A stretch of DNA of 51,523 nucleotides from an uncultured Thermotogae bacterium (GTDB lineage: Bacteria > Bipolaricaulota > Bipolaricaulia > CAYUCE01): positions 1 through 51,523 of the forward strand of contig CAYUCE010000006.1 in NCBI GenBank assembly GCA_964443275.1, in the 5' to 3' direction. Shown here piece after piece: positions 38,400 through 48,148 of the stretch. Within the stretch, counting starts at the first letter, position 1. Each line of letters opens with the position of its first letter. A program made the translations under genes and the position numbers. The notes under the pieces are model-generated. The model had not been told where the DNA came from, made no database searches, and saw only the letters and a list, made by a program, of their open reading frames with translations.

Positions 38400-40181
38400 A
38401 TGAAGATCGAAACCTCGGACGGAAGGACCCTCGATTTTGAGACCGAGGAAGGTAAAGAAATTTATAGGCATTCCACCTCACATATTATGGCCCATGCTGT
38501 AAAACGCCTTTTCCCGGATGCAAAGTTGGGAATTGGCCCGGCAATTGAAGACGGTTTTTATTATGATTTTGATATAGAAGACCTCTCTGAGGAAGATTTG
38601 GACCGGATAAGCGAGGAGATGGAGAAGCTAATTGAGGAGGATTTTAAGTTTGAAAAGATTATTTTGCCCAAGGGTGAAGCACGCAAGCTCTTAGAAGAAA
38701 GAGGCGAGGATTACAAGATAGAACTTCTTTCCGATATCGAAGATGCGGAGGTCACCTTTTACAAAAATGACAATTTTATAGATCTCTGCCGTGGTCCTCA
38801 CGTTAAGTCCACCGGTCAAATAAAGCATTTCAAGTTGCTGGAGGTGGCTGGTGCCTACTGGCGGGGGAATGAAAATCGGAGGATGCTGAAGCGGATTTAT
38901 GGTACTTCTTTCCCCACTGTGGAAGGTCTGGAGAGATACGTAAAGAGGCTGGAACTGGCGAAAGAAAGGGATCACCGGAAATTGGGCCGTGAGCTTGATC
39001 TTTTCAGCATGCATCAGGAAGTGGGGGCCGGTCTGGTTCTGTGGCATCCGGATGGAGCGCGGATACGGGCTCAAATCGAAGATTTCTGGCGGGAAAAACA
39101 TAGAGAATCAGGTTATGAGCTTGTCTATACACCCCATATCGGGAAAGCAAACCTTTGGGCCAAAAGCGGGCACCTGAAATTTTATAAGGAGGGCATGTAC
39201 GCCCCCATGGACATAGATGACCAAAAGTATTATATAAAGCCCATGAATTGCCCCTTTCATATTATGATCTACAAGAGCGAGATAAGAAGTTATCGGGACC
39301 TGCCGCTTAGGTGGGCGGAACTGGGTACCGTCTATAGATATGAACGGTCTGGGGTGCTTCACGGTTTGATGCGGGTTAGAGGTTTCACTCAGGACGATGC
39401 CCATATATTCTGTCAGCCAGAGGAGATTGATAAGGAGATTGGTAAGGTCTTCGATTTTAGCATGGATATGCTAGCTGTTTTTGGCTTTGAGGATTTCAAG
39501 ATTAGGTTGAGCGTGCGCGACCCAGAGCATTCAGAGAAATACGTAGGGGCCGACCAGGATTGGGAAAAAGCCGAAGGTGCCCTAATTAAGACCCTGGAGG
39601 ATAGGGGCGTGGATTACGAAAAAGTTGAAGGCGAAGCCGTATTTTACGGTCCCAAGATAGATATAGACGTGACCGATTCCCTAGGTAGAAATTGGCAGCT
39701 TACTACCATCCAATTTGACTTTAATTTGGCGGAACGATTTGACCTGGAATTTATGGGATCGGATGGGCAATCTCATCGTCCTTACGTTGTTCACCGTGCT
39801 TTGTTAGGAGCATTGGAACGCTTCTTTGGGATATTGATAGAACATTACGGCGGTGCCTTCCCGGTATGGCTTGCCCCGGTGCAAGCAGTTATATTGCCGA
39901 TTACCGATGATAACGATCCCTATGCTGAAGAGGTTGAGGAAAAGCTTACCAAAGCCGGGATCAGAGCCGATGCCTGGACCAAGAGGAGCGCCACCTTATC
40001 ACACAAGATAAGGGAAGCCCAGTTAAAGAAAATTCCCTATATGCTAATAGTTGGAAACCGAGAAGAAGAAAGCGGACAAGTTGCTTTGAGGCTGCGCAGT
40101 GAAGAAGATCTTGGCCCCCGATCGGTGGCCAACTTTATCCAGTTTGCACAAGAGAAAATTGCCCACAAGGAGCAACTGTAA
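38400..40181 (+). CDS. thrS: threonine--tRNA ligase
   Basis: RHSTSH, DLCRGPH, KPMNCP, RVRGFTQDD, FYGPK. Confidence 0.98.
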   Translation: MKIETSDGRTLDFETEEGKEIYRHSTSHIMAHAVKRLFPDAKLGIGPAIEDGFYYDFDIEDLSEEDLDRISEEMEKLIEEDFKFEKIILPKGEARKLLEERGEDYKIELLSDIEDAEVTFYKNDNFIDLCRGPHVKSTGQIKHFKLLEVAGAYWRGNENRRMLKRIYGTSFPTVEGLERYVKRLELAKERDHRKLGRELDLFSMHQEVGAGLVLWHPDGARIRAQIEDFWREKHRESGYELVYTPHIGKANLWAKSGHLKFYKEGMYAPMDIDDQKYYIKPMNCPFHIMIYKSEIRSYRDLPLRWAELGTVYRYERSGVLHGLMRVRGFTQDDAHIFCQPEEIDKEIGKVFDFSMDMLAVFGFEDFKIRLSVRDPEHSEKYVGADQDWEKAEGALIKTLEDRGVDYEKVEGEAVFYGPKIDIDVTDSLGRNWQLTTIQFDFNLAERFDLEFMGSDGQSHRPYVVHRALLGALERFFGILIEHYGGAFPVWLAPVQAVILPITDDNDPYAEEVEEKLTKAGIRADAWTKRSATLSHKIREAQLKKIPYMLIVGNREEESGQVALRLRSEEDLGPRSVANFIQFAQEKIAHKEQL

Positions 40182-40226
40182 CTGGCCGGTGGCCGTCTGT
40201 TTACCTAGCGCCTTTTTATTTCTGCT

Positions 40227-41408
40227 TTAAACGCTGGCTTTTAAAGCTTCAACCTTGTCAGTTACCTCCCACTTCACACCCAAATCTTCTCTTCCAAAGT
40301 GTCCGTAACAAGCCAGGTCTCTATAGATAGGTTCTCTTAGATTAAGCTTATCGATGATGGCCCCAGGCCGGAAATCGAAATTTTTCTTAACCATCTCTTC
40401 CAACTTGCCGCCTGCGACTTTTCCAGTTCCGTAAGTATTTACAGTGATAGATATGGGATGGGCCATACCAATAGCATAAGTGACTTGAACTTCACATTCT
40501 CGGGCCAGCTCGGCGGCCACTATATTTTTCGCTACGTAACGGGCCATATAAGAGGCGGAGCGATCGACTTTAGTGGGATCTTTACCGGAAAAAGCCCCTC
40601 CGCCGTGGCTTCCGTATCCTCCATATGAGTCGATTATTATCTTTCTACCGGTCATCCCCGTATCTGAAGGTGGGCCACCTATCACGAACCGTCCGGATGT
40701 ATTTATCAAGATATTTGTTTCATCGTCCATCCAGTCACCGACTATCGGCTCTACCACCTCTTTAGCTATTTCATGGGTAAGAGTTTCAATAGAGACATCC
40801 GGCGAATGTTGGGCGGCAATTAGTACGGTGTGGGCCCTTATAGGCTTGTTTTTTTTGTATTCAATTGTCACTTGAGACTTCCCATCCGGTCTGAGGTAGC
40901 CAAAAATATTCTTTTTTCTGACTTCAGCAAGTCTTTTGGTTAGCCCGTGGGCCAAATGGATGGGTAGAGGCATAAGTGCATCGGTTTCCCGACAGGCATA
41001 TCCATACATTATCCCTTGATCGCCGGCTCCAATAAGCTCGTACTCATCATCAGCGGCCAGCCCGTTTCTTACTTCTTTGGATTTGGTTACCCCGGAAGAT
41101 ATGTCCGGGGATTGTTCGTCGATAGTAGTAAGGATTGCACAGTCTTCCCAGTTAAAGCCGTATTCGCTTTTTGTATATCCTACTTCTTTAATTATTCTTC
41201 TGGCTATTTTGGGAACGTTCACCCAGGTCTGTGTGGTAATCTCGCCACCTACCAACACCAACCCGGTGGCCACGAAGGTCTCGCAGGCAACTCTGGCTTG
41301 AGGATCATCCTGAAGTATATCGTCAAGAACGGCATCCGAAATCTGATCGGCGACCTTGTCCGGATGACCTTCGGTCACCGATTCTGAGGTGAAAAGTTTA
41401 TTTACCAT
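40227..41408 (-). CDS. metK: S-adenosylmethionine synthetase
   Basis: [26 protein letters not shown]. Confidence 0.98.
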   Translation of the reverse strand: MVNKLFTSESVTEGHPDKVADQISDAVLDDILQDDPQARVACETFVATGLVLVGGEITTQTWVNVPKIARRIIKEVGYTKSEYGFNWEDCAILTTIDEQSPDISSGVTKSKEVRNGLAADDEYELIGAGDQGIMYGYACRETDALMPLPIHLAHGLTKRLAEVRKKNIFGYLRPDGKSQVTIEYKKNKPIRAHTVLIAAQHSPDVSIETLTHEIAKEVVEPIVGDWMDDETNILINTSGRFVIGGPPSDTGMTGRKIIIDSYGGYGSHGGGAFSGKDPTKVDRSASYMARYVAKNIVAAELARECEVQVTYAIGMAHPISITVNTYGTGKVAGGKLEEMVKKNFDFRPGAIIDKLNLREPIYRDLACYGHFGREDLGVKWEVTDKVEALKASV

Positions 41409-41506
41409 TTTTTGACTTCTCCTCTTTGTGAATTTTTTAACCCCACCTTTTCGATTTTTTCTGGTGGTGACCTTTAGGACCTCGTTATCCTAAGTTGAAG
41501 TGTTTC

Positions 41507-41535
41507 ATTATAGTGAGCTTTTAAGATATGTTCAA
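41507..41535 (-). promoter_or_regulatory. sigma70 promoter for metK
   Basis: TTGAAC-17 nt-TATAAT on minus. Confidence 0.6.
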
Positions 41536-41551
41536 AGTTTCGAAAAAACGG

Positions 41552-42388
41552 TTAACTTAGATTTTCCTTTAACCTATCCACATATTTATACTCGACTTTA
41601 ACTCTTCCTATGGCAAATTTTTGGGAACCTTCTCCGTGGCAGTCAGATCCCCCGGTAATCAAGAAATCAAATTTGTTGGCTAGCTTTTTAGCTTTAGCTA
41701 CTCCAAATTTAAAATATCTGTTTTTTTTATCATAGGGATAAAAAACCTCGATTCCATCTAATCCGGACTCTTTTAGCTCCTGTAATGCCTTCTCTACATT
41801 TTTAAACTTCCTTGTGCCGGGATGGGAAAGCACGGCCAGCCCGCCATTTTTATGGATGATTTCAATCACCTGGTTATGGGCTGGTTTTTGAACTGAAACT
41901 GCTGCCGGACCATTCTCATCCAAATATTTATTGAATGCTTCTTGGGTTGATCTGACTCGGTTTTTATTGACCATAACCTTTGCCAAGTGGGGTCTTCCCA
42001 CAGTTTTTTCGGAAATTGCCTGCACTTCGTCCAAACTTATGTCCGTCCTTAATAGGTTATTTACCTTTTTTATCATTTTTTGCATTCTTTTTATTCTCGC
42101 TTCTCGGATTCCCCTTAGCAAACTTTTAAGTTTGGCGTCTTCAGGATCTAAAAAATAACCCAAAATCTCAATAGATACGTTTTTCAATTTGGCTTTTATC
42201 TCCGATCCGGTGATTAGCTCAATGCCGGAGCGGACCTCACACCTTTTTTTTAACTCGGGATTTATCACGTCGTGATCAGTGATGGCTATACAGCCCAGTC
42301 CCAAGCGTTTGGCCTGTTTTATTCTTTCTTCCAGGACTTGAGTACCATCGGAGGCAGTGGTATGTAAATGCAGATCCGCGTATTTCAA
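41552..42388 (-). CDS. PHP-domain metal-dependent phosphoesterase (YciV/TrpH-like)
   Basis: DLHLHTTASDG, ITDHD, GRPHLA, SHP, GGSDCHG. Confidence 0.92.
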   Translation of the reverse strand: MKYADLHLHTTASDGTQVLEERIKQAKRLGLGCIAITDHDVINPELKKRCEVRSGIELITGSEIKAKLKNVSIEILGYFLDPEDAKLKSLLRGIREARIKRMQKMIKKVNNLLRTDISLDEVQAISEKTVGRPHLAKVMVNKNRVRSTQEAFNKYLDENGPAAVSVQKPAHNQVIEIIHKNGGLAVLSHPGTRKFKNVEKALQELKESGLDGIEVFYPYDKKNRYFKFGVAKAKKLANKFDFLITGGSDCHGEGSQKFAIGRVKVEYKYVDRLKENLS

Positions 42389-42577
42389 AAGATCACCTGC
42401 TTAAACTTTTAAGATTCTTCTATATTTTAAATCTTCCTTTGATTGATACTGAGCAGGTATTATACGGATTGAAGCCAGAAATTACCAAATCTATTGTCTG
42501 CCGGTGATGGCCAAAAGGATTTTGACTTCTCGGGTGCTATTTAATATCTTATTGAAAAGACTAAAAGGAGCAGTGAT

Positions 42578-43774
42578 ATGGGTAATTTAGAGGGAAAGAA
42601 GATAATAGCCGGGATTTGTGGGGGCATAGCAGCCTACAAAGCTTGTGATATAGTAAGCTCGCTTCACCAGAGGGGGGCGAAAGTCAGGGTGATGATGACC
42701 CCGGCAGCTTGTGAATTTGTCAACCCTTTAAGCTTTGCCACCCTCACTCACCAAAAAGTCCTCACTGATCTCTGGCAGGAGCCGCTTTCCCACATCGAAG
42801 AGGCCAAGGGGGCAGACCTTTTTCTTGTAATGCCGGCCACATTAAACACCATCTCCAAAGTGGCTTGTGGTATAGCGGATAACCTTCTGACCACAGCTAT
42901 AACTGCAACTGATGCCCCGGTCCTGTTCTGTCCGGCTATGGATTCCGGGATGTATGAAAACCCAATATTCCAAGAAAATATGCGTAAATTAAAGGGTTTA
43001 GGCAACTATCACTTCTTGGAACCAGAGGAGGGAAGGCTAGCTAGTGGAAAGAGGGGGGTAGGCCGGTTCCCGGAAAAAAGCGCGGTGATTGCTTTGGTGG
43101 AAAGATTGTTGACTGGAAGCTCTCTCCTTAAGGGTAAGAAAATATTGATTACCGCTGGTCCAACCCGGGAGATAATTGATCCGATAAGATGCATTACCAA
43201 TCGCTCCTCTGGCAAGATGGGTTATTTTATGGCCCAAAAAGCGTTGTATCTGGGAGCAGCCCAGGTGCTTTTAATCAGCGGGTCTACTTCTTTAGCTCCA
43301 CCAGATGGGGTGGAATTTTTGCCAGTTGAAAGTGCCGATCAGATGGCCGAAGAAGTTATTAGAAATTTTAAAAATTATGAGTGGATAATTTTGGCGGCGG
43401 CAGTGGCAGACTGGCGACCTAAAGAAACCTGGAGCGGAAAGATGAAAAAAGAAAATAAGCAGGAGATGGAGATATCATTTGTGAAGACCACGGATATAGC
43501 AAAGGAAGTTGGAAAAAGGAGAAAGGACGGTCAAATACTGGTCGGTTTCGCCGCGGAAACTGAGGATCTTTTGGTTAATGCCAAAAGTAAGCTTAAAGAT
43601 AAAAATCTCGATCTTATTGTAGCCAATGATATAACTAAAGAAGGAGCCGGCCCGGAAGTAGATACCAACATAGTTAGTTTGATATCCCGAGACGGAAAAG
43701 TAGAAAACCTACCTCAAATGAAAAAAGAAGCGCTGGCCGAGGAGATTCTTACCAGGTTAGCCAAGGCGAAATAG
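42578..43774 (+). CDS. coaBC: phosphopantothenoylcysteine decarboxylase/ligase
   Basis: GGIAAYK, PAM, TAGPTRE, NRSSGKMG, GFAAET. Confidence 0.96.
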   Translation: MGNLEGKKIIAGICGGIAAYKACDIVSSLHQRGAKVRVMMTPAACEFVNPLSFATLTHQKVLTDLWQEPLSHIEEAKGADLFLVMPATLNTISKVACGIADNLLTTAITATDAPVLFCPAMDSGMYENPIFQENMRKLKGLGNYHFLEPEEGRLASGKRGVGRFPEKSAVIALVERLLTGSSLLKGKKILITAGPTREIIDPIRCITNRSSGKMGYFMAQKALYLGAAQVLLISGSTSLAPPDGVEFLPVESADQMAEEVIRNFKNYEWIILAAAVADWRPKETWSGKMKKENKQEMEISFVKTTDIAKEVGKRRKDGQILVGFAAETEDLLVNAKSKLKDKNLDLIVANDITKEGAGPEVDTNIVSLISRDGKVENLPQMKKEALAEEILTRLAKAK

Positions 43775-43838
43775 CGAAAACTCCTACCCTTCTGATCCTG
43801 TCCCCTTTACTCTCAAATACCAACCCTTGGGCCTTTCC

Positions 43839-43866
43839 TTGACATCCCATAATCCCTTGGTATAAT
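43839..43866 (+). promoter_or_regulatory. consensus sigma70 promoter of cdc48
   Basis: TTGACA-16 nt-TATAAT with extended TG. Confidence 0.85.
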
Positions 43867-43869
43867 ATA

Positions 43870-43896
43870 TTAGCACTCTCAGGGTTAGAGTGCTAG
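43870..43896 (+). promoter_or_regulatory. CIRCE element (HrcA operator)
   Basis: TTAGCACTC-N9-GAGTGCTAG, one mismatch to TTAGCACTC-N9-GAGTGCTAA. Confidence 0.93.
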
Positions 43897-43944
43897 TATT
43901 TTAGCTACATGATCTTATCTTTGTTGAAAAAGGGAGTCGATAAA

Positions 43945-46218
43945 ATGAAAAGCGAAGTAAATTCGAATAATAATGATTCTATCTTATTGAAGGTGGCCGG
44001 GGCCAACCAGCGTGATGTGGGAAAAGGAGTGGCCCGTATAGACGAGCAGATAATGAGCCAATTGGGAGTTAGGCAAGGAGAAGTATTGAAAATCGAAGGT
44101 GAAAAAGAGACTGTAGGACTGGCGGCCAGAAGTTATGCCGCGGATCGCGGTTTAGACATCATCAGAATGGACGGATTGATGCGATCAAATGCCGGTGTAG
44201 GGATGGGTGATAAGGTACAGGTGGCTAAAGCTGATTGGAAAAGAGCGGAAAAGATCACCGTTGCCCCGGCCAAAAGAAACATCAGATTGCGAGGTTCGGG
44301 TAAAAGCCTTATTTCCATGCTCAAGGGAAGGCCGGTAACCAAAGGTGATTATATATCTACTAGTATTGCCAGAAGCCGTAGTCCGTTTGGCTCAGAGCTA
44401 AAATCAAGTGATTTTTTTAAGGAATTTTTTGATTCCTCGAGTTTCGGTTTGGGGGAGATTCGCCTGCGTGTAGTTTCCACCCATCCCAGCGGCATTGTCC
44501 GGGTGGCTAGGGATACCGAGGTAGAATTGTTGCCGGAATACCAGGAGGTAAGAGAAGAAGAAAGGCCGCTGGGAGTAACTTATGAAGATATCGGGGGATT
44601 GGATGACGTCATACAGAAAGTAAGGGAGATGGTAGAGCTACCTTTAAAAAAGCCGGAGCTTTTCGACCGGTTGGGTATTGAGCCTCCCAAAGGAGTACTG
44701 CTACACGGTCCTCCGGGTACCGGTAAGACCTTGTTGGCTAAGGCAGTAGCCAGTGAAAGCGAGGCTCATTTTATGTCCATTAACGGACCGGAGATTATGT
44801 CCAAATTTTACGGGGAGTCGGAAAAACAGCTCCGGAAACGCTTTCAGGAAGCAAAAGAAAGCGCACCCTCCATAATCTTCATTGATGAACTAGATTCCAT
44901 AGGGACCAAGCGCGAAGAAGTGAGAGGAGAAGTGGAAAGACGGGTAGTTGCTCAATTGCTAGCTCTTATGGATGGACTTGAGCCTAGGGAAGAAGTTATT
45001 GTGATCGGGGCCACCAACCGGGTAAATGCGGTGGACGAGGCTTTAAGAAGACCGGGAAGGTTCGACCGGGAGATCGAAGTGGGGGTTCCCGACGGGGAGG
45101 GAAGAAAGGAGATATTTCTTATACATACCCGGGGCATGCCACTGGATGAGTCGGTGGACTTGGATGAGTTTGTCCGTCTTACTTATGGGTTTACCGGATC
45201 GGATATAGAGGCCCTCTGTCGGGAATCGGCTATGAACGCCCTGCGGCGGGTAATCCCAAAGATTGACCTAGAGGAAGAGGAGATACCGGCAGAAGTCATG
45301 GAAGAGCTGATTGTAAACCGGCAGGATATGGACAGCGCCTTTAGAGACATCGACCCCAGCGCCCTGAGGGAGATATTAGCTGAAGTTCCCCAGGTAAGCT
45401 GGGATGATATTGGTGGGCTAGATGATGTAAAGCAGACCCTACACGAGGCGGTAGAGATGCCACTGAGAAGGCCGGATTCTTTTGAGCGGATTGGAATTAA
45501 CCCTCCTAAAGGAGTACTGCTTTACGGTCCTCCGGGTACCGGTAAGACCATGTTGGCCAAGGCGGTAGCTAATGAATCGGATGCCAATTTCATAACTGCC
45601 AAAGGCTCGGATTTACTCTCCAAATGGTACGGGGAATCCGAACAGCGTATTGCGGAAGTATTCAACAAGGCAAGACAAGTTGCCCCTTCAGTAATCTTTC
45701 TGGACGAACTGGACGCTTTAGCTCCCAAACGAGGAGAAAGCGTTGGCCACGTCACTGAGAGGATAGTAAATCAGCTTTTGTCCGAGATGGACGGTTTGGA
45801 AGAACTTAGGGGGGTAGTAGTGGTCGGGGCTACTAACCGGCCGGATATCGTGGATCCGGCACTGCTTAGGCCGGGTAGATTTGACGAACTTATTCAGGTG
45901 CCGGTACCGGATCGAAAAGCCCGGCAGGAGATCTTCGAGGTTCATACCCGGAATATGGCTCTAAGTGGTGATGTGGACTTAGATCAGTTGATAGAGAAGA
46001 CCACCAATTATACGGGTGCGGATATCAGGGCTATCTGTGAGAAGGCAGGGCGTCTTGCTCTGCGTGATGATATAGAATCAGAAGAAGTGAGGAAAGAACA
46101 TTTTGAGAAAGCCTTGGAGGAGACCCATGCTTCTGCTACCCCGGAGACTAAGGCCCAGTATGAAGGCATTCAAAAGAAGCTAAAGCAGGAAGGTAGCAAA
46201 ATAGGGTTCACCCCGTGA
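43945..46218 (+). CDS. cdc48: Cdc48/p97/VAT-family double-ring AAA+ ATPase
   Basis: N-domain ([16 protein letters not shown]), two AAA modules [24 protein letters not shown]; GGGAG SD favours ATG 43945. Confidence 0.93.
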   Translation: MKSEVNSNNNDSILLKVAGANQRDVGKGVARIDEQIMSQLGVRQGEVLKIEGEKETVGLAARSYAADRGLDIIRMDGLMRSNAGVGMGDKVQVAKADWKRAEKITVAPAKRNIRLRGSGKSLISMLKGRPVTKGDYISTSIARSRSPFGSELKSSDFFKEFFDSSSFGLGEIRLRVVSTHPSGIVRVARDTEVELLPEYQEVREEERPLGVTYEDIGGLDDVIQKVREMVELPLKKPELFDRLGIEPPKGVLLHGPPGTGKTLLAKAVASESEAHFMSINGPEIMSKFYGESEKQLRKRFQEAKESAPSIIFIDELDSIGTKREEVRGEVERRVVAQLLALMDGLEPREEVIVIGATNRVNAVDEALRRPGRFDREIEVGVPDGEGRKEIFLIHTRGMPLDESVDLDEFVRLTYGFTGSDIEALCRESAMNALRRVIPKIDLEEEEIPAEVMEELIVNRQDMDSAFRDIDPSALREILAEVPQVSWDDIGGLDDVKQTLHEAVEMPLRRPDSFERIGINPPKGVLLYGPPGTGKTMLAKAVANESDANFITAKGSDLLSKWYGESEQRIAEVFNKARQVAPSVIFLDELDALAPKRGESVGHVTERIVNQLLSEMDGLEELRGVVVVGATNRPDIVDPALLRPGRFDELIQVPVPDRKARQEIFEVHTRNMALSGDVDLDQLIEKTTNYTGADIRAICEKAGRLALRDDIESEEVRKEHFEKALEETHASATPETKAQYEGIQKKLKQEGSKIGFTP

Positions 46219-46263
46219 AATAAGCGGTAAGCTTATCAGGAATCTATTTCACGGGGTGAACCC
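46204..46263. repeat. perfect 19-bp inverted repeat overlapping the cdc48 stop
   Basis: GGGTTCACCCCGTGAAATA-22 nt-TATTTCACGGGGTGAACCC. Confidence 0.85.
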
Positions 46264-46396
46264 CTGAAGGAAACTGAAACTAGCTCGCCGCGTGGTGATT
46301 GTTTAGCCATCTGAACCAAGCCATAATAATAGGAGAACCTTGACTTCTGACGGTAGGCATTCAGTGGGGTACAGAGGCTTTAAGATACAAATTCGC

Positions 46397-46515
46397 GATA
46401 CGTCAGATGTAGGGAATGGCCTCTGTGCCATTCCAGTATGTTTCGGTTGGGCACAGAGGCCCAACCCTACGTTTTTATGATACGCCAGATGTAGACAATG
46501 ACCTCTGTGCCATTC
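46397..46515. repeat. cluster of GTAG-type REP-like palindromes
   Basis: GTAGGGAATGGCCTCTGTGCCATTCC, inverted GTAGGGTTGGGCCTCTGTGCCCAACCG, and a degenerate third copy. Confidence 0.7.
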
Positions 46516-46613
46516 TAAAGGTTTCATGTGGCTAAATAGATACACCGTGTGTTTATTCGACGTTGAAGCAGCTCGTAAAAAGGCTGAGCGCTGAAAGGGT
46601 CGGAATAAAATAT

Positions 46614-46983
46614 GGAGGGAGGAGTAAGCCGGATTCTGTTTTAAAGTGAGCATCTATCTAAGCGGCCTACCCAGAGGCTCAAGCGGGCCACTTTTAACCG
46701 CCTCTTTATTTGGCCTTGCTCCGACTGGGGTTTGCCGTGCCTCGGACCTCGCGGTCACAAGCGGTGAGCTCTTACCTCACCATTTCACCCTTTCCCCCAC
46801 TTACTTAATCATTGATTAAGTAAGTGGGGGAGGTATATTTTCTGTGGCACTTTCCAGGGATTTCTCCCTCTGGACTTATAAATTTAAATTGTCGTCCAGC
46901 AGCCTGCCCTGTGGAGTCCGGACTTTCCTCAGGCTAAGAATTATATAACTATAATTTTAGCCTGCGCTCCTTCTCTCCCTCTC
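46614..46983 (-). ncRNA. rnpB: RNase P RNA (type A-like, P18 absent)
   Basis: GAGGAAAGTCCGGACTCC, AGTGCCACAGAAA, AGGGTGAAA, GGCAAACCCC...GGAGCAAGGCC, ACAGAATCCGGCTTA; P1 ends pair. Confidence 0.96.
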
Positions 46984-46996
46984 TTGGGTCTTTTTA

Positions 46997-47024
46997 ATTT
47001 TATCAATTAAATGATAATTATCAA
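46997..47024 (-). promoter_or_regulatory. promoter of rnpB
   Basis: TTGATA-16 nt-TAAAAT with extended TG, just upstream of the RNA 5' end. Confidence 0.65.
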
Positions 47025-47084
47025 CTTACACCCGTGTATTTGGATATTTACACTTTAGTGGTTATACTTAAGTTCTATTTAAAA

Positions 47085-47228
47085 GGGTGGGAAGCCCGCC
47101 CGGCTATCTTCACTGACTTTTAGAGGTGGGCAAAAACCTGCCAGGGGAAGGAGGTGGAAAACCCACTAGCAGGAAAACCCTTCCTCTGCGAGGCAAGCTC
47201 GCCATGCCAGGGTAGGGGCGGGCTTTTG
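47085..47228 (+). ncRNA. structured ncRNA candidate (long irregular hairpin, possibly 6S-like)
   Basis: Nested pairings AAGCCCGCCC/GGGCGGGCTT, GGTGGGC/GCTCGCC, TGCC/GGCA, AGGGGAAGG/CCTTCCTCT; possible TATACT -10 at 47063; strand uncertain. Confidence 0.45.
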
Positions 47229-47487
47229 TGCGAACTGCAATCTCTTCAACCTGATTATTTTCCATCCTCAATTGTAATTTTACCTAAAAATGATTTTTTT
47301 TCAAGACTAATTCTAAAACCTTTTTCCGGACTATTTCATTTTATTGCCTTCCCAGATTTTACCTATCAAACTATAGGAAAATGTTGTGAAGAAATTATGA
47401 AGGAGGGAAATAATTTGGGCTGATGTGAAGCCTCAAATGATCCTTTAGCCTTTATTTTTTGGTAGATTCAGGTGAAATCAAATTTAT

Positions 47488-47537
47488 TAACCTCCCGATA
47501 TACGAAAGCAAACTGACCTTCGCATAACGGGAGGTTA
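47488..47537. terminator. hairpin downstream of the HTH gene
   Basis: TAACCTCCCG/CGGGAGGTTA stem with AT-rich flanks. Confidence 0.5.
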
Positions 47538-47568
47538 TGTATTTTTTAATCAAAAGGATGGATTGCTC

Positions 47569-47754
47569 CTATTTTTCACCTTTTAGCTTTTCTTCTAGCC
47601 ATTCATCGATGACTGACTTTTTGAATCTCCAATTTCCGCCTAATCTGGTTCCGGGTATCTCCCCGGCCTCCACCTGGCGGTAGACCCAGTTTTTGCTGAA
47701 TCCCAAATAATCCGCAACATCCTTAGCTGTCATTATCTCTTTTTCTTCTGTCAT
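47569..47754 (-). CDS. excisionase/MerR-like helix-turn-helix protein (HTH_17-type)
   Basis: MTAKDVADYL...VYR...GEIPG.RLGGNWRF...IDEWL; GGAGG SD. Confidence 0.9.
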   Translation of the reverse strand: MTEEKEIMTAKDVADYLGFSKNWVYRQVEAGEIPGTRLGGNWRFKKSVIDEWLEEKLKGEK

Positions 47755-47979
47755 TTTTATACCTCCAACATTAGTTCTTGTGATGTTAGTCTAACTTTAC
47801 CATTTTATTGTAAATTTTTCAAATCCGAGCTGATACATATCAGTTTGCCCACATTTTTTAGTAATCGCAAATATTACTGTGCCTATGAATGATTCTATTA
47901 TCCAAATTCGAGCGTGAGAAGCATGTTTATGATAAAGAATAACTAATGGATCATTTCACCAGTATTTAGTACACCTTTT

Positions 47980-48054
47980 CGGGATGGGACAGAGCCCATC
48001 CCCTACATATGATTGTGGCCTGAATCCGTAGGGTTGGGGCTCTGTCCCCAACCG
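47980..48054. repeat. REP-like doublet (GTAG family)
   Basis: Inverted GTAGGGGATGGGCTCTGTCCCATCCCG and direct GTAGGGTTGGGGCTCTGTCCCCAACCG. Confidence 0.72.
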
Positions 48055-48148
48055 GGAACTTTGGCTTTTCTATAAATTGGCGGATCAAACAAAATATGTT
48101 ATTATAAAGGCAATTAAAATAGCCATTAAAATCAAGGAGGGAGCAAAA

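Noticed and set aside
41409-41500. Possible SAM riboswitch before metK
   Set aside because: Two small hairpins are present (TTAGGA/TCCTAA, CCACC/GGTGG) but no SAM-I or SMK core sequence.
46397-46515. CRISPR array
   Set aside because: Only two degenerate direct repeats, with an inverted copy between them and no cas genes; REP-like instead.
46303-46653. 116-aa minus-strand ORF
   Set aside because: Overlaps the rnpB 3' end and REP-like repeats; no protein-like features.
47010-47024. Fur-box-like TGATAATTATCA over the rnpB -35
   Set aside because: Does not fit the 7-1-7 spacing; AT-rich promoter DNA easily gives such matches.
47154-47423. 89-aa ORF after AGGAGG
   Set aside because: The GTG overlaps the SD-like sequence and lies inside the structured RNA candidate; no recognisable domain.
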